Shown in pieces: positions 21,268 through 31,535 of a stretch of 64,000 bases of DNA. Within the stretch, counting starts at the first letter, position 1. Every line of letters begins with the position of its first letter. Both the position numbers and the translations under genes were made by a program. The DNA comes from Bdellovibrionota bacterium (lineage in GTDB: Bacteria > Bdellovibrionota_C > UBA2361 > JBGSMV01), in NCBI GenBank assembly GCA_041739995.1, contig JBGSMV010000047.1:160001-224000 (forward strand). Direction: 5' to 3'. Below the pieces are notes generated by a model. That model had not been told where the DNA came from and did no database searches. It worked only from the letters and a program-made list of their open reading frames with translations.

Positions 21268-22872
21268 TTAGGCGTGCGCTGCTGGTGATGATGAAGTCCC
21301 CTTCCCTTTGGTCTCTTTGTGAGGTGTTGCGCCATTCGAAGTGACTGCCGCTTTCGCCTTCATACCCGCAGAGAACTCGGTTACATACGCTGCGATAATC
21401 CTTCGAAGATCCGCGTCGATTTCCTTAGTGAGTTCCTTCTTAGTTCGAAGGGCGTCGAGAGTCTGAGGATGGACATTTGCCAAGTGCGCATGAAGTCCAG
21501 TTTCAAACTCACGCAACTGCGCGGTAGGCAGGTTATCGGTAAGACCGCTCGATACTGCAAGTAGTGAGAGCACCTGCAATTCCACCGGCATAGGTTTGTA
21601 TTGCTCTTGCTTAAGAATCTCGACGAGGCGCTCACCGCGTGCGAGCTGAGCACGAGTGGCGGCATCAAGGTCTGAGCCGAACTGAGCGAAAGCCTGCTTC
21701 TCACGGAATTGTGCAAGGTCAAGACGTAAGGTCCCAGCCACCTTCTTCATGGCCTTTACTTGAGCCGCACCACCTACTCGCGACACTGAAAGACCGACGT
21801 TTACTGCTGGTCTGATACCAGAGTTGAACAAGTCAGCTTCAAGGTAGATTTGCCCGTCCGTGATTGAAATCACGTTCGTTGGAATGTAAGCCGAAACGTC
21901 CGCTTCAAGCGTTTCAATGATCGGCAAGGCCGTCATGGAACCAGCACCCATCGCATCGCTCAACTTTGCAGAACGCTCGAGCAAGCGGGAGTGCACGTAA
22001 AACACGTCTCCAGGATATGCTTCTCGTCCTGGTGGGCGACGAAGCAGCAGCGACATGCTGCGGTACGCAACCGCGTGCTTGGAGAGATCATCAAACACGA
22101 TGAGAACGTGTTTGCCCCTCTCCATGAAGTACTCACCCATTGCACAACCAGAATACGGTGCGAAGAAAGCCAGTGGCGCAGGCTCAGAAGCGGTTGCCGC
22201 TACTATGATGGTATGCTCAAGCGCCCCGTGTTCTCGGAGTTTTTCCACTATCTGAACAACCGACGAGCGCTTTTGCCCAATCGCTACGTAAATGCAGATT
22301 ACGCCATTACCCTTTTGATTGATGATGGTGTCGAGCGCTACCGCAGTTTTGCCAGTCTTTTTGTCTCCGATGATGAGCTCTCGTTGGCCTCGTCCTACCG
22401 GGGTCATGGAGTCAATGGACTTGATACCGGTCTGCATCGGCTCATGCACTGACTTACGCTTTACAATGCCAGGAGCTTTAAGCTCAATTCGGCGAGTCTC
22501 TGAACTCTTGATGTCACCAAGACCGTCGATAGGATTGCCCAAAGCATCCACTACTCGTCCGATCAGAGCGTCACCGACTGGCACCTCAGCAATTTTCCCG
22601 GTGCGTTTTACGGTGTGTCCTTCGCGCACGCGAGTGGTTTCACCCATGAGCACGATACCGACTGAATCTTCTTCAAGGTTCAACGCAACGCCGCGTAGGC
22701 CATCGCTAAATTCAACGAGCTCACCTGAAGCAACTTTCCCAAGGCCGTAGGCCTGACAAATTCCGTCACCTACAGAGATGACAGTTCCTGTTTCTGAAAC
22801 CTCTGCGCCTGCGTCGAAGTTGGCGATGCGTTCTTTTAGAATGCTGCTAATTTCTTCGGCCTTTGTACTCAT
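21268..22872 (-). CDS. atpA: ATP synthase F1 alpha
   Basis: [43 protein letters not shown]. Confidence 0.98.
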   Translation of the reverse strand: MSTKAEEISSILKERIANFDAGAEVSETGTVISVGDGICQAYGLGKVASGELVEFSDGLRGVALNLEEDSVGIVLMGETTRVREGHTVKRTGKIAEVPVGDALIGRVVDALGNPIDGLGDIKSSETRRIELKAPGIVKRKSVHEPMQTGIKSIDSMTPVGRGQRELIIGDKKTGKTAVALDTIINQKGNGVICIYVAIGQKRSSVVQIVEKLREHGALEHTIIVAATASEPAPLAFFAPYSGCAMGEYFMERGKHVLIVFDDLSKHAVAYRSMSLLLRRPPGREAYPGDVFYVHSRLLERSAKLSDAMGAGSMTALPIIETLEADVSAYIPTNVISITDGQIYLEADLFNSGIRPAVNVGLSVSRVGGAAQVKAMKKVAGTLRLDLAQFREKQAFAQFGSDLDAATRAQLARGERLVEILKQEQYKPMPVELQVLSLLAVSSGLTDNLPTAQLREFETGLHAHLANVHPQTLDALRTKKELTKEIDADLRRIIAAYVTEFSAGMKAKAAVTSNGATPHKETKGKGTSSSPAAHA

Positions 22873-22964
22873 ACGTTTCTCTTCCTATTTCTTTCCCATT
22901 TTCTGTCGGTTGAACTTTTATCGGCCCAACTTCTATTGAATTAATATTGCGATATATCTTCAAA

Positions 22965-23522
22965 CTATGAGGCAACACCTCGCGCTACTCGCTCAAGTGA
23001 GCCCGACAAGGAGCCGTCTAGAACTGAATCTCCAGCCTGTATAACCATGCCACCGAGCAGGTCTGAATTTTCCGCCCACTCCATCGACACGAGAGACGCG
23101 TACTCTTTCGGCACCTGATTACGGACATCAGTCTCTAGTCTTTGCCGTTCAGCTTCAGAGAGAGGGAACGCGGTAGTGATTTTGAGTCCGAGCGCTTTCA
23201 TAAACTCAGCAATCATTTGGGAGAAGGAGGCAAGTGTTGCCTCAAGCGCGGAGAGCCTTCCGTTGACCAGCATGGTGGCAAGGAAATTTGCGAAGACTGC
23301 GTCTCCAGGGCGCACCAGTTGAGCAACATCCTTTGCAACCGCAGCGCGCGCGGAGGGCGAAACCGCAGGGTTGGCCATAGCTTCTCTTAACTGCTTGTGT
23401 TCTTGAGCAATCTGAACGAGCTGAGACAGAGCATCACGACGACCTTCAAGCTCGTCAGGTTTACAGAGCTCGAATAACGCTCTGGAATACCGTTTTGCTA
23501 TTCTTCCCACACTCTTTGCCAC
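22965..23522 (-). CDS. atpH: ATP synthase delta
   Basis: IAKRYSRALF, LLGGMVIQAGDSVLDGS; position in the operon. Confidence 0.92.
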   Translation of the reverse strand: MAKSVGRIAKRYSRALFELCKPDELEGRRDALSQLVQIAQEHKQLREAMANPAVSPSARAAVAKDVAQLVRPGDAVFANFLATMLVNGRLSALEATLASFSQMIAEFMKALGLKITTAFPLSEAERQRLETDVRNQVPKEYASLVSMEWAENSDLLGGMVIQAGDSVLDGSLSGSLERVARGVAS

Positions 23523-23578
23523 GTCAAAGCCCCACTAAATCTTTTCTAAGTTCTCGCTCTTTAAACCGCCCCAATCCG

Positions 23579-24223
23579 CTACTGCATCATTTGATTTGGC
23601 TGATTAGGAATCAGAGCTTTTACTTTTCGAGCGGTCGAATCTCTAAATTGCTGGTCCGCCTGAAGAGAGTTTTCGCGAACGAGACGCTCGCGCGCCAGCA
23701 GCAATGCCGACTCAATCAGCTCTTCACGCACCATTGACTCCATGGCGCGCAGCTCAGCCGCGGCGGAATCTTGAGCCAATCGCCCGATGCGCTCCACCTT
23801 AAGCTTCGCTTCCTGTTCAATAACTTTTATTTCAGTAACGGTCTCGGCGCTGATCTCTGTAGCGACCCGCTCTAGCTCTGAGCGAACTGAACTTAATAGG
23901 GTTTTGGCTTCTTGCAGCTCAGCTTCTGCAGCAGCCAGAGCTCTTGCACCTGCGAGCACTTTCTCTTCAATTGCAGAGCGACGTGCGGCGAAAGCAAGCC
24001 GGAGAGGCTTTCGAAGGACGAAGAAGAGAATCAGGCAGAAGCAGGCGAAGTTGAAATAATACACCCCAAGCCCGGCAACGAAATCTCCAAGTGGTGGGGG
24101 CGGCGTTGGCCCGTGCCCGCCAGCAGCCAATGCGGGCGAAGCTGATACAAAAAAAGTTGCGGCAATCACGCGGAGGAAAGTTTTGTAGTTCAAGAGATCT
24201 CGTGAGTTTATCAACATATGCAT
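23579..24223 (-). CDS. atpF: ATP synthase F0 subunit b (start uncertain)
   Basis: Signal-like N-terminus, YFNFACFCLILFFVLRKPL TM segment, RR..IEE coiled coil; directly upstream of atpH. Confidence 0.85.
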   Translation of the reverse strand: MHMLINSRDLLNYKTFLRVIAATFFVSASPALAAGGHGPTPPPPLGDFVAGLGVYYFNFACFCLILFFVLRKPLRLAFAARRSAIEEKVLAGARALAAAEAELQEAKTLLSSVRSELERVATEISAETVTEIKVIEQEAKLKVERIGRLAQDSAAAELRAMESMVREELIESALLLARERLVRENSLQADQQFRDSTARKVKALIPNQPNQMMQ

Positions 24224-24315
24224 TTTTGCGCTGAAAAGAGTCGTAACTGGCCGGTCTTCGCTAATTACAGTCTTCCTTAATTACTCTGCGTTCTCCGACG
24301 AAGCGTCTCGCGAAC

Positions 24316-24774
24316 CTACGCCAACAGCGAACCTCTCGCTTTATCGGCAAACGCTTGTGCGAGCCCATCGGATTCGCGCATCGCCTGAGTGCGGAGCTCC
24401 TTCAATTTGGTTTCTGCCTGGACGTGGGCTTGCTCAAGCGTTTTCTCAGCGGTTGACTCTGCTTGTGCCACTAACTGAGCAGCCGCAGCCTTAGATTTCG
24501 CCACCGCCTCAAACTTAAGTTTCAAATGCTCTATACGCGCATTAGTGACTTGCTTCTCGAAGTTCTCGCGCAAGTCGCTAGCCTCAGCTCGAACAGCGCT
24601 CGAGCGATCCTCGGCGCCGAGTGTGGCCTGCTCTCGTTCGGCAACCAGGTCAGCGAATGGCTTTACCACCCCCATCCCGAAAGTTCTCCAAAACACGAGA
24701 AACATGAGCGACCCGATCGGAATCATGATCGCGTCGATCAGCGTCAAGTCAAACATTTTAAGGATTTCGTTCAT
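24316..24774 (-). CDS. ATP synthase F0 subunit b'
   Basis: N-terminal TM segment, KPFADLVAERE, long Ala/Glu coiled coil; upstream of atpF. Confidence 0.8.
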   Translation of the reverse strand: MNEILKMFDLTLIDAIMIPIGSLMFLVFWRTFGMGVVKPFADLVAEREQATLGAEDRSSAVRAEASDLRENFEKQVTNARIEHLKLKFEAVAKSKAAAAQLVAQAESTAEKTLEQAHVQAETKLKELRTQAMRESDGLAQAFADKARGSLLA

Positions 24775-25014
24775 TCCTATCCCTAGAATTCTGGTCGTCG
24801 ATGCTTAATCGCCAACCTTAGTTTCAGCGACCAAAGTCGCCACACAATTCTTAAATTCTCTCAACCTCAGGCCTCCCGCGCTGCTTCCGGCTATTTGGAA
24901 GTAAATCTTACGGAGCTCTTAGATTCTGCACCACCTAGGCGGGCGTCTGACTAAGGGGTTAATGTCACCAAATCCTAACGAGCATTTGGTGAGCACGGTT
25001 ACTTCAACAAGAGC

Positions 25015-25500
25015 CTAAGCCGTAGCGCCAAGCTTCTCAGAGCCCAATGGTCTTACTGCACTGGACTTGGAATCGAGGCTCTTTGCTGCACCGGCGCCCA
25101 TTCCACTTGCTGTTGCGCCTGAGGCCATCGTCGATTTGCCTTCGAAGATTACCCCCTCTTCTATGCTGAGACTCGTGGTCGAAATATTTCCTACAATGCG
25201 AGCCGGACGTCGAAGCGAAAGTCTCTTGCTTGCAGAAATGTCGCCGTTGACTGTGCCCTTGACGAGAACTTCAGCGCCAGTGATGCGTGCATTGATAACA
25301 GCCGATTCTCCAATCGTCAGTCTATCTTGAGAAATGATTTCGCCTTCGACGTAACCGTCAAGTTCGACTGGTCCGGAGAAGGTTAGAGTTCCCACAACCT
25401 TGGATCCTTTTCCCAAAAAGGCTTCAACTTTATCCGCGGTAGCACCTCCAGCGGTTAAGCTGCTGCTCAAAGAATTAGTTCCCGAAGTTGAATTGGTCAT
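25015..25500 (-). CDS. Bactofilin (polymer-forming cytoskeletal protein)
   Basis: AFLGKGSKVVGTLTFSGPVELDG...GTVNGDI...LSIEEGVIFEG beta-helix repeats. Confidence 0.92.
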   Translation of the reverse strand: MTNSTSGTNSLSSSLTAGGATADKVEAFLGKGSKVVGTLTFSGPVELDGYVEGEIISQDRLTIGESAVINARITGAEVLVKGTVNGDISASKRLSLRRPARIVGNISTTSLSIEEGVIFEGKSTMASGATASGMGAGAAKSLDSKSSAVRPLGSEKLGATA

Positions 25501-25861
25501 GGCTGCACGTCCTCAAACTAAAGAACTCAAACTATAGAATCGCCAGAAAGCGAACCAACACAGAAAAAATACAGAAGCGACAAAGCCTCCTTTCTCGGCG
25601 GTAGTAGTCGCTCGCCAAGAAAACCCACGGTCTCGATGACCCACTGTCTCAATGAGCCGGGGAGTATGCTCCTGAGCCTGCATTCTGGCCCAAATAGAAC
25701 CGTGTAAAGGCTATCTGCTACCATTCGAAAAATCAATCGAAGTGGCAGCGAGACTGGCTAAAAATGTGAGTCTTAGCGGTTGCTTGAGAGATAAGGCCTG
25801 TCACGAATGGAAGATTTTTAAGGTCCAATGTGCGAAGGCCTCGTTCCCGAGGGGGAGAGGC

Positions 25862-27079
25862 CTAGGTCTGCTGAGGCGCACGCGAAAGCTGATCTACCAG
25901 ACGGTCTAGCTCTTCTTCTGAGAAGTACTCGATATCGATGCGCCCTCGACCTGACTTCGTATGCAAAATTGAAACCTTAGTCCCAAGCACTCTTCTTAGG
26001 CGGTCAGTTACTTCGGGAAATCGGAGCTGTGAGGTCTTTCCGTTGGAATTCGACAATGAGGCATTGTCTGTATCGAGTACCCCGCTTTTCCTTTTTCCGG
26101 TATCAAGCACGACGACCTTGGCTACGAGAGATTCAAGTGCGCGAACTGAGAGAGCATCTTTAATTACTCGGCGCGCGAGACTTATTTGTGCGGCAGGTTC
26201 ACGCAGAGAAAGAATAGCTTTTGCGTGTCCCATGCTCAGAGCGCCTTGTCGAAGTAGTGCGAGCACTTCTTCGGGCAGCTTCAGTAAGCGCATGAAGTTG
26301 GCGACACTGGCGCGGTCCTTCCCTACCCTTTCTGCGATTTCTGCCTGATTTAGGCCAAATTCTTGAGAAAGTCGTTGGTATGCGAAGGCATGTTCAACTG
26401 GATTCAGGTTTTCGCGCTGTAAGTTTTCAATCAACGCGAGCTCAAGAGTTTCTCTGTCAGAGAGTTCTCGAATGATGACCGGCACCTGTGTGAGTTCAGC
26501 TAACTGCGCAGCTCGCCAGCGACGCTCGCCGGCTACGATTTCATAGCGCACTGCTGAGGATGAAGTGCCCGTCGGGTCGGGGGTAACCGGACGCACTAAG
26601 ATCGGCTGGAGTAGCCCGACAGTTTTTAATGATGAAGCAAGCTCGGAGAGTTCTGCATCGCTGAAATCTTGGCGCGGCTGCTTGGGGTTCGGCGCCAGCA
26701 TCGAGGTGTTTAGGTATTTCACTCCGGACGAAGGGCTTGGTGAGTCGCCTGACTGAGATGATTCAACCGGCGGCGACTGCTTTGATGTCGCGGCGAACGT
26801 GGCTTGAATTTCTTGATTAGGGGCTCTCTCCGCTGCATTGCGGTTGGTCGTGTTACGTTCGAAAGCGGCTCGGTCGAAAGATATGACCTTGTTCTCTTCT
26901 TCCCCAGTTTGAGAATTCTGAATACTGACACTCGGATTTGCGGTCGGCTCAGCAACTATCGAATTAGACTCCGCTTCTTCTACGCTTGGCGTGATTGAGA
27001 CCGGCGGAGCCGAAATAAGAGCGCTTAAACCTCTCCCCAGGGCTGTCCTACCGCCAATTTTGAGTTTTCTATCTGTCAT
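25862..27079 (-). CDS. parB: Chromosome partitioning protein ParB
   Basis: ALGRGLSALI N-peptide, NPKQPR, GLLQPI, VAGERRWRAA, ENLQRENL, HTH; ATG 27079 preferred over the track start 27094. Confidence 0.95.
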   Translation of the reverse strand: MTDRKLKIGGRTALGRGLSALISAPPVSITPSVEEAESNSIVAEPTANPSVSIQNSQTGEEENKVISFDRAAFERNTTNRNAAERAPNQEIQATFAATSKQSPPVESSQSGDSPSPSSGVKYLNTSMLAPNPKQPRQDFSDAELSELASSLKTVGLLQPILVRPVTPDPTGTSSSAVRYEIVAGERRWRAAQLAELTQVPVIIRELSDRETLELALIENLQRENLNPVEHAFAYQRLSQEFGLNQAEIAERVGKDRASVANFMRLLKLPEEVLALLRQGALSMGHAKAILSLREPAAQISLARRVIKDALSVRALESLVAKVVVLDTGKRKSGVLDTDNASLSNSNGKTSQLRFPEVTDRLRRVLGTKVSILHTKSGRGRIDIEYFSEEELDRLVDQLSRAPQQT

Positions 27080-27115
27080 AACGTTGTTCCACAAACAGTG
27101 TTCGATAGATTTAAA

Positions 27116-27131
27116 TGTTCCACGTGGAACA
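27116..27131. promoter_or_regulatory. parS: parS centromere-like site
   Basis: Perfect palindrome TGTTCCACGTGGAACA between parA and parB (extends to AAATGTTCCACGTGGAACATTT). Confidence 0.93.
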
Positions 27132-27192
27132 TTTTGTAATATTTGAAATCAGCTCTAGCTTGTTTCCGGCAAACCCTATCAGGCCAATGTTG

Positions 27193-27993
27193 TTAGCTAT
27201 TCGCAGCAACAGATTTACTCTCAGAAGTTAGATTTAGTCGGATTACAAATTCATCAGTAAGACTTAAGTAGGCCTTCGCCCCGGCGGAGCTTGGATCGTA
27301 CAGACAGATTGGCTTCGAGTGACTTGGAGCTTCGGAGAGGCGAATGTTCCTTGGAATTCTAGTCTCCATCAAGAGAGGGCCAAAGTACTGCTTTGCCTCT
27401 GCTTCGACTTGTAGGGAAAGATTGGTGCGGGCATCGAACATAGTCAGAAAGACCCCCAGTAGCTCCAACTTTGGATTGAAGGTCTGTTGAACGAACTGAA
27501 TGGTCTTCATCAGGGCGGTCAGACCCTCAAGTGCGTAGTACTCGGACTGAAGCGGGACGAGCACTCTTTCTGCAGCGCCAAGAGCGTTAAGAGAGAGAAG
27601 TCCGGAAGAGGGAGGGCAGTCTATGAGGATTACCTGATACCGACGCTTCAAGAGCTCCAGCTGAGATTTCAATATGAGCTCTCGGCCTGCCACCTTTCCG
27701 AGCTCGATTTCAATGCCAACCAGGTCAGCGGAAGAGGGGGCTACGTCAAGCCCAGGAATCACTGACGGACGAATGATCTTCTCTAGGGAGGATTTGCCGA
27801 GGAACATATCGAAGAGGTCTTCGCCGGCTTCTCGAAGCTCAACTCCAAGGCCGCTTGTGGCGTTTCCTTGTGGGTCAAAGTCAATCAAGAGAGTTTTTAT
27901 GCCTTTTTGCCCCAGTTCGGCCCCGATGCTTACAGCAGAGGTCGTTTTTCCAACGCCTCCCTTTTGATTTGCGATTGCAATAGTAGTGGTCAC
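27193..27993 (-). CDS. parA: Chromosome partitioning ATPase ParA/Soj
   Basis: NQKGGVGKTT, DFDPQGNAT, IDCPPS, QSEYYALEG, IPRNIRLSEAPS. Confidence 0.96.
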   Translation of the reverse strand: MTTTIAIANQKGGVGKTTSAVSIGAELGQKGIKTLLIDFDPQGNATSGLGVELREAGEDLFDMFLGKSSLEKIIRPSVIPGLDVAPSSADLVGIEIELGKVAGRELILKSQLELLKRRYQVILIDCPPSSGLLSLNALGAAERVLVPLQSEYYALEGLTALMKTIQFVQQTFNPKLELLGVFLTMFDARTNLSLQVEAEAKQYFGPLLMETRIPRNIRLSEAPSHSKPICLYDPSSAGAKAYLSLTDEFVIRLNLTSESKSVAANS

Positions 27994-28037
27994 AGCAGAT
28001 TCGTATCATGCGCCTCTGGAGAACTGAAGATGAAAAG

Positions 28038-28053
28038 TGTTCCACGTGGAACA
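28038..28053. promoter_or_regulatory. parS: parS centromere-like site
   Basis: Second identical TGTTCCACGTGGAACA, about 45 bp upstream of parA. Confidence 0.93.
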
Positions 28054-28221
28054 TTTTCCAATTTAGTGTTCTTTGGCTCCGTGGGCTCTAGAGAGGGCAT
28101 GAATCCTTAAACTCGGGACGGGCAGAGAAATAGACTCAGCCAAGGAGTTACTTCTTGGGAGCCATAGGAGGTACCGTCCATCTTGCAGAAGAACTGCCTA
28201 ATTCGAAAGGAGGTCCAGAAC

Positions 28222-29454
28222 TCAGCTAGCTAGTCTGATTCTAGAATGTACCTCAGAGAAAGCCTTAACTGCAGAGATAATCGCTTGTTCATCAATAGCC
28301 TGAGTGACTATGAACCTAACTGAGCCACTTTGAGATAGCAGTCCGCGGTGTTGAATGGCGTCGACCAATATATTCTTCGAAAACAGCGCGTCAGCATACT
28401 CCATTGCGCGCCCAAACTTATCGCAAGGAATCGTGACCAGCGGGACTGATGGTGAAGAGGAGGATCTGCCTAAGACTTCCGATATCCCACGATCGAGTTT
28501 GAGTGCAGACTCTAAAAGTAACACGCGCTGGACGCTCATCACTTCGGCCAGATCGATAGCTTCGGTTAAAGCGGCGGCTTGGGCAGGGGCAGGGGAACAT
28601 TCCGTTCCAAACGCCCTGGAGCGCTGAGCTACTAGAGCCGTGAGATCAGAAGGGCCGCAAAGTGAGCCCAAAGAGACTCCCGCCAAACACTCTAAGCTAT
28701 TGATATTACATAGAATTTTGGGATTACGCATCGCGTGCGTTTCTTCAAGGAGGCCAGAGCCACGAAGCCCCAAACATCCAATTGCGAAGCTCTCATCCAC
28801 TACTAAATAGGCGTCGTAGCGGTCACACAACTCGAGTAGTGGGGGCAGCTCCAAAACAGAACCCCTCGATCCTGAGACTGACTCAACTACGATAATCTTT
28901 CTTCGTGACTGCGAGGCTCTCTGCAGATCAGCGGAAAGTCTGGAAAGATCGCCGCGTGGAAAAGCTTGGAACGGAGCGTTCACCAAGTAAGAAGCATCAG
29001 CGGCAGGAAGTAAAATATCCTCTTCTGCAAATACTGCGTCGCGCTCACCAACAAGAGAAGTGAGCAGAGAAAGCGCTGCTTGGCTCTTCGACGAAAAAAG
29101 CAGCGCGGCCTCTGTACCGAAAAATTTACTGAGGCGCATTTCAACCAGCAGGTGAGGGCGATAGGTGCCTGATGATGCGCGCGGTGTTGCGGTGCCAACA
29201 CCGTCAGATGCAATGGTCTCTTGTGCGCAGCGTTTGACGCGATCGTTGGAGGCAAGATTCAAATAGTCCCACGAGCTAAAGTCGATGAGCGTGCGACCTT
29301 TGAAATCAACACGACCACTCTTGCGGCGTGCGGCAACATGAAACTCGCGCTTGGGGAACGCACCCCAAAGCGACTCAAGCTCACGTTTAATATCATCTAA
29401 AATCACCGGCTTTACCCGTTTGTATCTTCGCCCTAGATGGGGCAGTAGCTCCAT
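28222..29454 (-). CDS. Alpha-oxoamine synthase family protein (BioF/SPT-like) lacking the PLP lysine; start uncertain
   Basis: DFSSWDYLNL, GVGT..R..SGT..H..E..L.KFFGTEAALLF, IVVESV, LVVDES..GCLG..G.G; the usual TLSKA position reads NSLEC. Confidence 0.75.
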   Translation of the reverse strand: MELLPHLGRRYKRVKPVILDDIKRELESLWGAFPKREFHVAARRKSGRVDFKGRTLIDFSSWDYLNLASNDRVKRCAQETIASDGVGTATPRASSGTYRPHLLVEMRLSKFFGTEAALLFSSKSQAALSLLTSLVGERDAVFAEEDILLPAADASYLVNAPFQAFPRGDLSRLSADLQRASQSRRKIIVVESVSGSRGSVLELPPLLELCDRYDAYLVVDESFAIGCLGLRGSGLLEETHAMRNPKILCNINSLECLAGVSLGSLCGPSDLTALVAQRSRAFGTECSPAPAQAAALTEAIDLAEVMSVQRVLLLESALKLDRGISEVLGRSSSSPSVPLVTIPCDKFGRAMEYADALFSKNILVDAIQHRGLLSQSGSVRFIVTQAIDEQAIISAVKAFSEVHSRIRLAS

Positions 29455-29460
29455 CTAGGG
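29431..29460. other. Strong hairpin downstream of prfB
   Basis: CCCTAGATGGGGC-AGTA-GCTCCATCTAGGG; no U-tract. Confidence 0.5.
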
Positions 29461-29589
29461 TCCTCAAAAATAGAGCAATATTATTATAGAGGCGGTCAAG
29501 TTTGCGCGTAAGCTGCCTTCGTCAAACGGGTGACTTCACTGATACTGAAGCCACTAGTGGCTGCGCAAACTTGCCCCCTCTACTAAATC

Positions 29590-30712
29590 TTAACTGCTCT
29601 TTGAGGGCTCACTCATCAGATACGATTCTATGAACGGGTCGATGTCTCCATCAAGCACGTTATTTACGGCTGAGGTCTCGAAGTCCGTTCTGAGATCCTT
29701 TACTAGTTGATAGGGCTGCATCACGTAAGAGCGAATCTGGCTACCAAAATCAATGGTTTTTCGCTCACCCTGTATAGATTTGACCTTATCAGCAGTTTCA
29801 CGCTGCTGAAGCTCGAACAGTTTTGACCTGAGCGTCTTCATCGCTCGGGCGCGGTTTTTGTGCTGAGAGCGTTCATTTTGGCAGGCCACCACAATGCCAG
29901 TCGGAATATGTGTAATGCGAACGGCGCTGTCCGTTTTGTTCACGTGCTGACCACCAGCACCAGAAGAACGATAGGTATCAGTTTTAAGATCCTTTTCATC
30001 AATCTCAACTTCAACATCATCGTCTAGTTCAGGCGTGACCATGATCGAAGCAAAGGAAGTGTGTCGTCTGGCATTGGAATCAAACGGGGAGATTCTCACT
30101 AAGCGATGCACTCCAATTTCAGAACGCAGATACCCGTATGCAAAATCTCCCTGAATGCTAAGCGCCGCACGCTTAATTCCGGCACCTTCTCCTGGTTGAT
30201 AGTCCAATTCCTCGAGCTCAAATCCTTTGCGCTCCGCCCAGCGGATGTACATGCGCAGCAACATTTCTGCCCAGTCTTGAGCCTCGGTGCCACCAGACCC
30301 GGCATTTATTTCTATGATGGCATGTGATCGATCGAATTCGCCTCGCATCTTGCGAAGGAATTCATGACGTTCGATTTCTTGCGCGAGTTTTTTGGCAGAC
30401 GCAAAGGCTTCGCGCAGCATGTCTTCGTCTTTGGATTCACGCCCAAGTTCTAGAGCAGCAACTGAGTCGCCATACAGTTCTTCGAGACGCAGAAACAAAG
30501 AGATGACCGCTTGAGCTTCCGAGCGCTCTTTCATTATTAGAGCGGCTTTTTCTGAGTTGTTCCAGAGGTCAGACTGTTGAGAGAGGGCTTCTATTTCGGC
30601 AATGCGGTGTTCTTTTGAAGCGACGTCAAAGAAACCCCCTCAGGGCATCCACTCGCCCTCGAAGCTCTTCAAGTTGATTTCGGCATTCATTCGGATCAAG
30701 TAGGTCGACCAT
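29590..30712 (-). CDS. prfB: Peptide chain release factor 2, +1 programmed frameshift after codon 28
   Basis: Frame 0 MVDLLDPNECRNQLEELRGRVDALRGFL*; +1 frame DVASKEHRIAE... continues into the track ORF with SPF and GGQ motifs. Confidence 0.96.
30625..30640 (-). promoter_or_regulatory. prfB frameshift signal (internal SD plus slippery CTT-TGA-C)
   Basis: Minus strand AGGGGG-TTT-CTT-TGA-C. Confidence 0.95.
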
Positions 30713-30768
30713 TAGGCGAACCGTAACAAAAGTAGGCCAGTTTGCGAAGGGAAGACCGTAGAAGACTG

Positions 30769-31473
30769 CTATTTGCGTTTACTGATGAGGCTGGACGAAA
30801 GCTCTCTATGTTTAGCGAATAGGCGTCGCTCAATGCGACGCATGAGTTCAGCGTCTTTGCGGTCTACTCGCTCGTGGTCGTATCCGAGTAAATGCAGCAC
30901 CCCATGCAGCAACAGCCGGATCAGCTCCTCTCCAAGGCTCCAACCATATCGTCGGCTCTGAACTGCTGCGGTATCCAAGGACACCACAATGTCCCCAAGA
31001 GAGTACTGCACTTCATCAATCGCCAGCTCTCCGTAGTCCTTTGGGGTGACGGTTGGAAAGGAGAGCACGTCGGTAGGCTTGTCCTTCTTGCGGTAGGAAC
31101 GGTTCAGTTCGTGAATCTTTGGATCGCCCACAAAGGAGAGTGAAATGATGCGTACCGACTTAGGCGGAAATGGCAGCATGCCGCGCGTTCGAATGCCGCG
31201 TGGTGCAGGGTGCTCAAGGGAGTAGAGCGCTGACTGAATAAGGCGCCGCAAGACTGAGCGGTCGATTGGCGGTGTTTTTCGCTCACAAACGATGTCGACA
31301 ACCCACGGCGACTTTGGAGTCGCTGGTGGGCGCCGCGCTACGGGCGCTTTCGTTGCCTTTGATGATCTGCGGCTGAATAACTTAGAGCTGCGCCTGAGCT
31401 TTCGCTTTGTGGATAGAGGGGCGGCTCCTTTTCCCTTTCGCCTACGATGGACCGCCCGAGCTGCCTTTGCCAT
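30769..31473 (-). CDS. ybeY: Endoribonuclease YbeY with basic N-terminal extension
   Basis: LNRSYRKKDKPTDVLSF, LGDIVVS, HGVLHLLGYDHE. Confidence 0.9.
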   Translation of the reverse strand: MAKAARAVHRRRKGKGAAPLSTKRKLRRSSKLFSRRSSKATKAPVARRPPATPKSPWVVDIVCERKTPPIDRSVLRRLIQSALYSLEHPAPRGIRTRGMLPFPPKSVRIISLSFVGDPKIHELNRSYRKKDKPTDVLSFPTVTPKDYGELAIDEVQYSLGDIVVSLDTAAVQSRRYGWSLGEELIRLLLHGVLHLLGYDHERVDRKDAELMRRIERRLFAKHRELSSSLISKRK

Positions 31474-31535
31474 AATCGATTGTCTTATAACCTGAGTCTC
31501 TTATCCGAAACTCAGGTTTATACGAACTAGTAAGA

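Noticed and set aside
27085..27097. Third parS-like half site TGTTCCACAAACA
   Set aside because: The centre is missing and it is not palindromic.
29590..30534. prfB as truncated or a pseudogene
   Set aside because: Explained by the canonical programmed frameshift.
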